From contig CBDIBY010000010.1 of the NCBI GenBank assembly GCA_965277115.1, forward strand, positions 277,136 through 341,135: 64,000 nt of DNA, in the 5' to 3' direction. The notes under the pieces are model-generated. The model had not been told where the DNA came from. It saw nothing but the letters and a program-made list of their open reading frames with translations, and made no database searches. Position 1 is the first letter of the stretch. Each line of letters opens with the position of its first letter. Origin of the DNA: Lichenihabitans sp. (GTDB taxonomy: Bacteria > Pseudomonadota > Alphaproteobacteria > Rhizobiales > Beijerinckiaceae). Position numbers and translations under genes: made by a program. Below, piece after piece: positions 27,923 to 35,778 of the stretch.

Positions 27923-28680
27923 CGGAACATGTCCCGTTCGCGGGGCCGGATCAGCGCGGAGGCCGGACGGGCCGGGGCCCGGCTGACGAATCCGCGCACA
28001 TGGACGACGGGAAGGCCCTCGTCGCCCTGACCCATCACGAGCGAGGCCGCAGCCGCGATCTCGTCGGCTATGGCGCTCTCGGTGACCCGCATCGGCCGGC
28101 CGAAAAGGTCCGGCACGCCGACGAGATCCACCAGCGAGGGCACGCCGGCGGCCCCCAATGCCACCCCGACGACGCCGTTGCGCCAGGGGCGGCCGAAGCT
28201 GTCGTTGATGACGACGCCGATCTCGACGCCATCCCGGTCGAGGCGCCGCTTGAGTTCGGCCGCCGACGCATCCGGATCGCACGGCAGCAGGAGCACGCGC
28301 GGCCCGTCCTCGTCCTGCGCGATATTGGATTCGTCTATGCCGGCATTGGCCATCACGAAGCCGAGCTTATGCGCCACGACAAGGACATGTTCGCGCCGAC
28401 GCACCACCTCGGTCGATTCGCAAAGCATCGCCTGGACATGGCGCGGGTCCTTTAGAACCTCTTCCGCAAGCGCCTGTGCTTCGGACGAGGGGGTGATATC
28501 GGCAAGCCGAACGTAGCGCCCCTCGGCCTTGGAGACGATCTTCTGCGCCAGCACCAGGATGTCGCCGGAGATCAGATCGAGGCCGACCGCCACCATCGCC
28601 TCGACGATCAAGGCCGCGATATCGTCCCCCGGCTCGACGAGCGGGATGCCAGGTATCGCGGTGAGGCAAAGCGATTTCAT
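27919..28680 (-). CDS. cofE: F420-0:gamma-glutamyl ligase, single-domain (CofE)
   Basis: Internal ATG (28680) shares 1 nt with the npdG stop. 253 aa with motifs GDILVLAQKIVSKAEGR and ANAGIDESN. There is no C-terminal nitroreductase-like domain. Confidence 0.9.
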   Translation of the reverse strand: MKSLCLTAIPGIPLVEPGDDIAALIVEAMVAVGLDLISGDILVLAQKIVSKAEGRYVRLADITPSSEAQALAEEVLKDPRHVQAMLCESTEVVRRREHVLVVAHKLGFVMANAGIDESNIAQDEDGPRVLLLPCDPDASAAELKRRLDRDGVEIGVVINDSFGRPWRNGVVGVALGAAGVPSLVDLVGVPDLFGRPMRVTESAIADEIAAAASLVMGQGDEGLPVVHVRGFVSRAPARPASALIRPRERDMFR

Positions 28681-29357
28681 CAGGCCGGGCGTGCGTTCGA
28701 AGGTGGCACCTCCAGGCCGGTGATGCGGATCCCGGCGCCTGAAACCTTGTAGCGCCGATTGATGCCGATCAGGATGGAGGTCAGCGCTTCGGCCGCTGCG
28801 GAATTGGCCAGCACCCCGGCGTCGATGCCGCGGGTCGCCACGTCGTCGGCGAGGCGCATCACCAGCTCCCGCGCCGCCTTGTCGTCGCCGAAGACCAGCA
28901 CGTCGCAATCGGCGCGACCGCCGGCATGAAGTTTGGTGGCGCCGACATTGTGGAAGGCCGAAACGACCCGCACGCCCTCACCCAAGATGATCTGCGCGAT
29001 CCTGGCGGCCGAGCCTTCCTTGGGAAGCTGCACCGTCGACACTTTCGGGGGCACGAGCGGAACCGCCGCGTCGACCACGATCTTTCCTTGCGCCGCCTCG
29101 CGGATCTCGAACAGCGTCGCCTCATGACTGGAGAACGGAACCGCGAGCACAATGACGTCAGCAGCCCGCGCGGCCGCGACATTGTCCGCTCCCTCGGCCA
29201 AGCCGCCGAGCTTCAAGGCAAGCGCCTCGGCCTTCGCGGCCGACCGCGACCCGATCACCACCTTGTAGCCCGCCGCCGACCACCGGGCCGCGAGTCCTGA
29301 CCCGAGATCGCCGGTCCCACCGATGATCGCAATCGTGGGCTTTGCATCCGTGGTCAC
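28680..29357 (-). CDS. npdG: NADPH-dependent F420 reductase (Fno/NpdG)
   Basis: N-terminal Rossmann motif IAIIGGTGDLGSGLAARWSAAGYKVVIGSRS, typical of NpdG. GTG start with GGAGGA 5 nt upstream. Confidence 0.85.
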   Translation of the reverse strand: MTTDAKPTIAIIGGTGDLGSGLAARWSAAGYKVVIGSRSAAKAEALALKLGGLAEGADNVAAARAADVIVLAVPFSSHEATLFEIREAAQGKIVVDAAVPLVPPKVSTVQLPKEGSAARIAQIILGEGVRVVSAFHNVGATKLHAGGRADCDVLVFGDDKAARELVMRLADDVATRGIDAGVLANSAAAEALTSILIGINRRYKVSGAGIRITGLEVPPSNARPA

Positions 29358-29510
29358 GATCGTCCTCCGCTTCTGGTCTTGTTCAGGTCAGAACGCATGA
29401 CCCGCGTCATCGCCGCCGTCATTTTGGCGAAATATCTCGACCGGCTCCTTGCCGAGTTGCGGAGCCGCGTCGGACGATCGTCCGCTTTCGGCACGAGCGC
29501 GATCATAAGG

Positions 29511-29524
29511 TACTATTTATAGTA
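29511..29524. promoter_or_regulatory. Perfect palindrome TACTAT-TT-ATAGTA ~155 nt upstream of npdG (F420 operon)
   Basis: Read directly from the sequence. It lies in the AT-rich core of the 206-nt gap between the hydroxylase small-subunit stop and npdG. Confidence 0.45.
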
Positions 29525-29563
29525 AGACAATATCTTTTGCCAAATCGCCCCTGCGTGCTGTGT

Positions 29564-30769
29564 TCATCGCCTGCGGACGAGCTTGCGCCAAAGCGTCTTG
29601 GCGCGCGCGGCCAGCACCGACAGCGTGAGCGAGCCGGCGTTCAGTTCGGTCATGGCGGCGGGCGCGCTGACGTCGCCGCCAAGGCGCGCGGCAAGGTTTT
29701 GCGCAAAAACGGCGGTGAGCCGGCCGGCGACATCCTGCACGATGCCGGCCCGCCCGAACTGGGCCAGCATGCCGGTCAACGTGTAGCCGACGGTGACCTC
29801 GACACGCGTTGCGGCGCCGCTCTCGATCGCGATCAGACGATAGCGTATCTCGCCCCTGGTCGCCGAATTGCTGCGGGCGTCGCGGCCATAGCCCTGAATG
29901 CGTCCGGCATAGGCGGCCTCGTCCCGTTCGATGTCGGCGGCGCCGCGGAACTCGGCCGAGATCGGACCGACCTTGATCCGGATCTGCCCTTCCACATGGT
30001 CCGGCGTAGGCGTTGCGCTCAATGACGTCCCCGGCAGGCAGGAGGCAACCTCCGCCACGCGACCGAAGAAATCCCACACCACGTCGCGCCGGAAGCGGAC
30101 GGTCAGCGACTGATCGAAGGAGGCTTGCGGCTTCCAATTGGGGTCGATGGCCGGAGCCTTGACCTGCACGCCGGCCGGAGGCAAGGCCGCCCGCGCCGCC
30201 CTGGCCGGAGCGGCGGCCGGACGCACGTCGGGCGTGGGCTCATGGCTCGATCCGACCGGCCCCAGGCCGACCCGCTCGCCGCCGAGAACCGCCGCGATGC
30301 CGTCGCGCCGCCGCTCGGCGATGACGGCCTGCACGGCCCGAACGATGCCGACATAGCCGGTACATCGGCACAGGTTGCCGCTCATCGCGACGCGGATCGC
30401 CTGTTCGTCCGGCTCCGCCAGCCGCACCACGAGGTCGCGTGCCGAGACCAGCATACCGGGCGTGCAATAGCCGCATTGCAGGGCGTGTTCGCGGGTGAAT
30501 GCGTCGCGAAGCGCACGCATGATCTCGTCCTCGTCCAGTCCCTCGATGGTGGTAACCGACGCGCCATCGCAAGCAACCGCATAAGTGATGCACGAGCGCG
30601 CCGGCATGCCGTCGATCATCAGCGTGCAGGCACCACACACGCCGTGCTCGCATCCGAGATGGGTTCCGGTCAGATTCTGGCTGTCGCGGATGAAATCGGC
30701 GAGATGGGTCCGCGGTTCGACCGTGCCGACGACACGTTTCCCGTTGAGCGTCAGGTTGATCTGGTTCAT
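29564..30769 (-). CDS. Mo-hydroxylase small (2x[2Fe-2S]) subunit fused to a CoxG/SRPBCC domain
   Basis: The N-terminal ~160 aa are CoxS-like (GCEHGVCGACTLMIDG, CGYCTPGM, CRCTGY). An Ala/Pro-rich linker follows. The C-terminal ~150 aa are CoxG-like (SFDQSLTVRF...IRIKVGPISAEFRG...TLTGMLAQFGR). Confidence 0.85.
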   Translation of the reverse strand: MNQINLTLNGKRVVGTVEPRTHLADFIRDSQNLTGTHLGCEHGVCGACTLMIDGMPARSCITYAVACDGASVTTIEGLDEDEIMRALRDAFTREHALQCGYCTPGMLVSARDLVVRLAEPDEQAIRVAMSGNLCRCTGYVGIVRAVQAVIAERRRDGIAAVLGGERVGLGPVGSSHEPTPDVRPAAAPARAARAALPPAGVQVKAPAIDPNWKPQASFDQSLTVRFRRDVVWDFFGRVAEVASCLPGTSLSATPTPDHVEGQIRIKVGPISAEFRGAADIERDEAAYAGRIQGYGRDARSNSATRGEIRYRLIAIESGAATRVEVTVGYTLTGMLAQFGRAGIVQDVAGRLTAVFAQNLAARLGGDVSAPAAMTELNAGSLTLSVLAARAKTLWRKLVRRR

Positions 30770-31605
30770 GCGGTCAGGGCCTGCTCGGCGGCGCGGCGAA
30801 GCGCGGCAATGTGAACCCGCCTGTCGAGAGGATCGGCGATTCCGGCCTCGATCAGGAGTTCGTCGACCGCGCGGCCGTCGAAAGCCGCCGGACTTCCTCG
30901 GCCGTCGCGGCCGCCGAACAGCGCTCGCGCGTCCTTGACCACGATCGGCTTCGTCTCGGTGGCGCCGATAACGGCGCGGAACACGCCTCGCTCCGCATCG
31001 ATCAGCACTGCCCCGATCGCATGTGCATATTCACCGGTCTTGCGGCAAACCTTGTAGTAGCCCCAGCGTGCCGTGCGGGACAGCGTCGGGATTTTCACCG
31101 CTTCGAGGAGCTCTCCGGGCGCGAGTGCGCAGTCCAGCGCCCCCGTCATGTAATCTTCGACCGGCAGTCGCTTCACCCCTCCGGCGCCGCGCACCAAAAC
31201 CTCGGCGCCGAGGGCCGCCAGAGCCGAAATCCAGTCGGCGGACGGGTCCGCGTTGCTCAGGCTGCCGCCGATCGTCCCCCGGCTGCGAACCGCCCGATAG
31301 GCAATGCCGCGTGCGACGGCCGGCATCGCACCGCGCGTGACGTCCGGTACGCGTCCATCCTCGATGTCGGCGTGGGTGATGCAGGCTCCGAGCACAAGGG
31401 CATCGGGGTCGGTCTCCACCCGCCTCAGCTCAGGAATGGCCGTGATGTCGACGACGAGGTCCGGCTGTACCAGCCGCATGTTCAGCATGGGTCCGAGCGA
31501 CTGGCCGCCGGCGATCATCTTGGCGGTCACGTCCTCGCCGACGAGGAGCGCCCGGGCGGCGCCCATGTCGCGCGGACGTTCGTAATCGAAGCGCGCCGGC
31601 TTCAA
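30766..31605 (-). CDS. Mo-hydroxylase FAD-binding medium subunit (CoxM/XdhB-like)
   Basis: Start assigned to TTG (31605-31603), which overlaps the large-subunit TGA. The N-terminus (M)KPARFDYERPRD matches the family's conserved N-terminus. IAGGQSLGPMLN FAD motif is present. ATGA overlap with the small-subunit start. Confidence 0.85.
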   Translation of the reverse strand: MKPARFDYERPRDMGAARALLVGEDVTAKMIAGGQSLGPMLNMRLVQPDLVVDITAIPELRRVETDPDALVLGACITHADIEDGRVPDVTRGAMPAVARGIAYRAVRSRGTIGGSLSNADPSADWISALAALGAEVLVRGAGGVKRLPVEDYMTGALDCALAPGELLEAVKIPTLSRTARWGYYKVCRKTGEYAHAIGAVLIDAERGVFRAVIGATETKPIVVKDARALFGGRDGRGSPAAFDGRAVDELLIEAGIADPLDRRVHIAALRRAAEQALTA

Positions 31606-33983
31606 TGGACGGCTCCCACGGACTCGTCCGATCGTCCGCCGTGCGCCGCGGCGGCGGCCGGCCTGGCGGCCGCAATGGCCTCGAGCACTCGGCGGGGGGA
31701 TATGGGCGCACAACAGATTTCCGCCCCGAGCCCTTTCAGCGCGTCGTTGACGGCATTGCCGATCGCGGCCGGCGGAGCGATGGCGCCTCCCTCCCCAAGC
31801 CCTTTCACGCCAAATTCGGTATAGGGAGCGAGCGTCTCCATGTGCTCGATGCGAGGGGCCGGCACTTCGGTCGGCCCCGGCAGCAGATAGTCCGCGAACG
31901 TCGAGGCCAGTGGCTGCCCGTTCCGGTCGAACGGCATCTCCTCGTAGAGCGCGGTGCCGATTCCCTGGGCCAGGCCGCCGTAGATCTGCCCGTCGACCAC
32001 CATGGGATTGACGAGCTTCCCGCCGTCTTCGACGATGACATAGTCGAGGATCTCGACATCGCCGGTCTCGGCATCGACGGCCACCAATACGGCATGCGCC
32101 GCGTAGCTGAAGGTCCCCGAGTCGCGCACTGGCTTGTAGCCGACGGTCGCCTCGAGGCCGCCGACATGGACGTCGCCGGGCAGGTCCTGCGGCCGCAGAT
32201 ACCAGGTCCGCGCCACATCGGCGATGCTGACCTCGCCGGTCGACGAGACGATCCGTCCGCGATCGAGCATCACCTCCTCGGCCTTGGCCTGCAGCAGCGC
32301 GGCGCCGATCCGCTTGGCCCGATCCGCGATTTCCTTGCAGGCGCTGGCAACCGCCCCGCCCGCCATCACCATGCAGCGCGACCCCCAGGTCCCGGTCGAA
32401 TAGGGGGTCAGCGACGTGTCGCCGAGGATCACCTTGATCTTGTCGACGTCGATCCCGAGGATCTCGTGGGCGACCTGGGCCAGCGTCGTCTCGAGGCTCT
32501 GGCCATGCGAGTGAACCCCGACCCGCAGTTCCAGCCCGCCGTCGGGCGTGACCCGCGCCGTCGCCTGCTCGTGTCCGGGCACCATCGGAATGCCCCAGCC
32601 GGCGTAGACCGACGTGCCATGCGCGCCCTGCTCGCAATAGATCGACAGGCCGAAGCCGATCAGGCGGCCATCCGGTTCGCCGCGGCGCTGGCGCTCGCGA
32701 ATCGCCGAAAGATCGAAGGCCGCGAGGGCGCGCCGCAAGGCTTCCGGGTAGTCGCCGCTGTCGAAATGCTTGTTGGTGATGTTGTCGAACGGCATCTGCT
32801 CGGGCCGCACCAGGTTGCGATAGCGCACCTCGTAGGGCTCGATGCCGACCTCCCGCGCAATCGCGTCGAGCACGAGTTCCATGGCGAAGCAGACGCCGGT
32901 CCGCGCCACCCCGCGATACGGCAGGATCGGGCATTTGTTCGTCGCCACCGACCAGGTCCGGCACCGATAGGCGCCGAAATCGTAGGGACCCGGCAGAATG
33001 CTGGCCACCTGCGCGGCTTCCAGGCAGGCCGAGAACGGATAGGACGAGTAAGCGCCCGAATCGACCGTCGCCTCGCAATCGATCCCGAGCAGGCGCCCGT
33101 CCCGGTCCGCATAGCCCGTGATCATATAGTGGTGTTCACGACAGTTCGCGCCTGCCGTCAGATGTTCGCGGCGATCCTCGATCCACCGCACCGGGACCCC
33201 GCGCCGCATGGTGAGCCAGGAGAGGCAAATCTCTTCGGGCAGGAGGATGCCCTTGTAGCCGAAGCCGCCGCCGACATCGGGCGATATCACGCGGATGCGG
33301 CCGTGGTCGAGGCCGAGACAGTCCGAGAGCCCCGTCCGGTTGATGTGCGGCATCTGGGCGGCCGTATAGACCGTCAACTGGTCGAGCCGCATGTCCCAGC
33401 TTGCGACGACGGCCCGCCCCTCCATCGGGGCCATCGACTGGCGTGCGGTCTTGATCTCGCGCACGACCTTGATCGGTGCATCGAACGCCTTGGCGATGCC
33501 GACATCGACAAAGGTTTCCAGGAAGACGTTGTCGCCCCACTCCTCGTGCACCAGGGCCGAGCCCGGCGAGCGCGCCTCCAGCATGTCGTGGACGGCGGGC
33601 AATTCCTCGAGATCCAATGTCACCGCGGCCGCGATATCCTCGGCTTCGGCGCGCGTGGGCGCCACGCACATGGCCACCAGCTCTCCCACCTGCCGGACCT
33701 TGCCGGCCGCAAGCGCCGGCTGTTCCGAGACTTTGAAGCCTGGAAGGCCGGAAACGGCTCGGATCGGTTTGACGCCGACGAGATCGGCGGCCGTGAACAC
33801 GGCATCGCGACATTCGGCGGGAATCGTGATCCCGCGAAGCCGCGCATGCGCCAGCGGGCTGCGTACGAAGGCGACATCCTGGAGGCCGTGCATGCGGATA
33901 TCCGCCACGAACTGACCGCGTCCGCGCATCAGCCGGTCGTCCTCCTTCCGCAACAGGCGAGCGCCTACGCCCTGCTCCGTCAT
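31602..33983 (-). CDS. Xanthine-dehydrogenase-family molybdopterin-binding large subunit
   Basis: 793 aa with N-terminal GVGARLLRKEDDRLMRGRGQFVADI. The active-site-loop region reads TNKCPILPYRGVARTG, which is neither form I AYRCSFR nor canonical form II AYRGAGR. Confidence 0.9.
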   Translation of the reverse strand: MTEQGVGARLLRKEDDRLMRGRGQFVADIRMHGLQDVAFVRSPLAHARLRGITIPAECRDAVFTAADLVGVKPIRAVSGLPGFKVSEQPALAAGKVRQVGELVAMCVAPTRAEAEDIAAAVTLDLEELPAVHDMLEARSPGSALVHEEWGDNVFLETFVDVGIAKAFDAPIKVVREIKTARQSMAPMEGRAVVASWDMRLDQLTVYTAAQMPHINRTGLSDCLGLDHGRIRVISPDVGGGFGYKGILLPEEICLSWLTMRRGVPVRWIEDRREHLTAGANCREHHYMITGYADRDGRLLGIDCEATVDSGAYSSYPFSACLEAAQVASILPGPYDFGAYRCRTWSVATNKCPILPYRGVARTGVCFAMELVLDAIAREVGIEPYEVRYRNLVRPEQMPFDNITNKHFDSGDYPEALRRALAAFDLSAIRERQRRGEPDGRLIGFGLSIYCEQGAHGTSVYAGWGIPMVPGHEQATARVTPDGGLELRVGVHSHGQSLETTLAQVAHEILGIDVDKIKVILGDTSLTPYSTGTWGSRCMVMAGGAVASACKEIADRAKRIGAALLQAKAEEVMLDRGRIVSSTGEVSIADVARTWYLRPQDLPGDVHVGGLEATVGYKPVRDSGTFSYAAHAVLVAVDAETGDVEILDYVIVEDGGKLVNPMVVDGQIYGGLAQGIGTALYEEMPFDRNGQPLASTFADYLLPGPTEVPAPRIEHMETLAPYTEFGVKGLGEGGAIAPPAAIGNAVNDALKGLGAEICCAPISPRRVLEAIAAARPAAAAAHGGRSDESVGAVH

Positions 33984-34042
33984 GCCGGCTCCCGTTCGCT
34001 ATTGTCTTGCGCGGCCGAGGCCGCGGCCCAATTCGGGCGCTA

Positions 34043-34059
34043 AATTCATCCTATTTTAC
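34043..34059. promoter_or_regulatory. Half-site-like AT-rich element upstream of the hydroxylase operon
   Basis: Minus-strand AATAGGATGAATT matches AATAGTATGAATT of the 23758 site at 12 of 13 positions. There is no full palindrome here. AAGACAATAG (minus strand, 33997-34006) resembles AAGACAATAT next to the 29511 site. Confidence 0.3.
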
Positions 34060-34185
34060 CAAAGATAGCAAGAGAGCCGCGTCATGAGTCCGGGAATCCC
34101 GCCACCCCGATCGCATCCGGATGCGGCGGCGACGGGTTTCGCCGCCGAACGGATCTGTCCGACGACATCGACCGCGCCCGCGGGA

Positions 34186-35046
34186 TCAATCGCGCGAGGA
34201 CGTGCCGGACGAGACGGCTTTCTCCGGTCTTGCAGAAGTCCGCCGGGCCGTGACCAGCGGGGTCCGCCGTTTCCGGCCGAGGGTGCCAGGGACTTCGGGC
34301 GGCGGCGCGACCGTCCCTAACAGATCGATCTGCAGCTGAATGCAGTCGGCGCGATAGACGATGTCGGCGACGTAGACGGCGCTGTTGCTGGCGTCGACGA
34401 CGACGCAATGGCACCGGACGATCGGCGCGCCGAGCGGGATCTTGAGAAGGTTCGCGGTCTCGGGGTCGGCGCTGTCGATCACCAGCCGCTGATGGGCCTT
34501 CGTCACCTCGACGCCGTCCAGTTCGGCAAGCACCGCCAACGCCGCGGATTGGAGAAAAAGCACGGGTTTCATGTCGAAGACCCGGCGTGCCAGATGCAGG
34601 TTAACGATCGAATAGGGTTCCCCGCCTCTGTACTGAACGCTGTGCAGGAACACGTAGGCGGGTGCGAGTTCCCCATCGCCCGGACGCAAGTTCGGCGGCG
34701 AGGCCTTCTCTTTCAAATCGATCTGCTGCGGTTTGTTGTGTTTCACCGAATCGATGAGACTGGTCCACGTCGTGCCGAGTTCGAGCCAGTGGCGGTCGGG
34801 CTTGCGCTCCGCCACGAAGGTACCCCGGCCCTGCTGGGCATGGAGAAGACCTTCCTGACGCAACATGTCGATCGCCTGGCGGACGGTGACGCGGGCCACC
34901 TTGAACTCGCTCTCGAGTTCCTCGAGGGTGGAAATCTGCTGGCCGAGCGACCATTGGCCGGTCTCGATCCGCTGCCGCATCACGGAGGCGACCTGGATAT
35001 AGAGGGGAACCCGGCTCCGGTCGTAGGCTTTTTGAAACTCGGACAT
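34186..35046 (-). CDS. GntR-family transcriptional regulator, HutC/UTRA subfamily
   Basis: Internal ATG (35046) of ORF 34186..35322. Winged HTH: LGQQISTLEELESEFKVARVTVRQAIDMLRQEGLL, followed by a UTRA-like domain. The ~45-aa Arg/Pro/Thr-rich C-terminal tail is of uncertain reality. Confidence 0.8.
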   Translation of the reverse strand: MSEFQKAYDRSRVPLYIQVASVMRQRIETGQWSLGQQISTLEELESEFKVARVTVRQAIDMLRQEGLLHAQQGRGTFVAERKPDRHWLELGTTWTSLIDSVKHNKPQQIDLKEKASPPNLRPGDGELAPAYVFLHSVQYRGGEPYSIVNLHLARRVFDMKPVLFLQSAALAVLAELDGVEVTKAHQRLVIDSADPETANLLKIPLGAPIVRCHCVVVDASNSAVYVADIVYRADCIQLQIDLLGTVAPPPEVPGTLGRKRRTPLVTARRTSARPEKAVSSGTSSRD

Positions 35047-35144
35047 CTCTCGATTCTTCGGTGGAATGGGGGTGGCATGTGATGGGCTGCTCGCGAGTCG
35101 ATGCCGCGACCGACCCACGACTTCTTGTCCGCGCGCCGTGCCTG

Positions 35145-35639
35145 TCAGCCCGCGAGCGGTACGCTGAGGGTGGATTTGACGCATTTCATCGCAACATAGG
35201 TGCTGAACCGCTTGATATTCCTGTTCTGCCGAAACAATCGCCCACTGATCTCCTCGTATTCCGACATATCCGATGCCGTCACCACAAGAAAAAAATCGAC
35301 GTCGCCGGTCACGTAGTAGCACTGCTGAACCTCGGGCGCGGACGCGAGCGCGTTTCGCGTCGCGTCGAGAAGGTCGGCGCGTTCACTGTCGATCTGCACG
35401 CCCACGATGATGGTGATCGGCCGTCCGACCTTGGCCGGATCGAGGATCGCAGTATTCGCCTTGATGACGCCTTCGGCCTCGAGGCGGCGGATGCGGCGGC
35501 GAACCGCGGCCGGGGAAAGATGGACCTGGATGCCGATCTCGTGATGAGGCGTGCGATTGTCGCGTTGCAGGACGGCCAGGATCGCCAAATCGAACGGGTC
35601 CAGCGAAGGTGACGATTTCGTGCGTCGCGCGGCGAGCAT
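35145..35639 (-). CDS. Lrp/AsnC-family transcriptional regulator
   Basis: Internal ATG (35639). LDPFDLAILAVLQRDNRTPHHEIGIQVHLSPAAVRRRIRRLEAEGVI plus a RAM domain. Confidence 0.85.
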   Translation of the reverse strand: MLAARRTKSSPSLDPFDLAILAVLQRDNRTPHHEIGIQVHLSPAAVRRRIRRLEAEGVIKANTAILDPAKVGRPITIIVGVQIDSERADLLDATRNALASAPEVQQCYYVTGDVDFFLVVTASDMSEYEEISGRLFRQNRNIKRFSTYVAMKCVKSTLSVPLAG

Positions 35640-35778
35640 GTGAGTGATTCCCTCATCATCCGCTGCCGTTATGCGCGAATTTTCCGGCATCGCCGCAATA
35701 TTCTTGCGGCGGAGCCGGGCCGTCTCTTGTCTGGAACAGGTCGGCGCGAGCCGATGGTGCCCGTGAGGACGATGAGAG

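Noticed and set aside
32950-33060. GAYRCRTW in the large subunit resembling the form I CO-dehydrogenase AYRCSFR active-site motif
   Set aside because: By position it aligns with the variable segment about 20 residues upstream of the true loop. The equivalent of the signature is PYRGVARTG, and no coxDEF genes are present. The enzyme is not a CODH.
31605-34043. 812-aa + strand ORF
   Set aside because: It is antisense to the Mo-hydroxylase large subunit, with Arg/Gly/His/Asp-rich low complexity.
33984-34185. Possible Moco riboswitch in the 5' region of the Mo-hydroxylase operon
   Set aside because: I could not recognise the conserved Moco-motif helices or loops. Only a short self-complementary GC hairpin (CGCGGCC-tc-GGCCGCG) and AT-rich operator-like elements are present. 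An Infernal scan is needed to exclude it formally.
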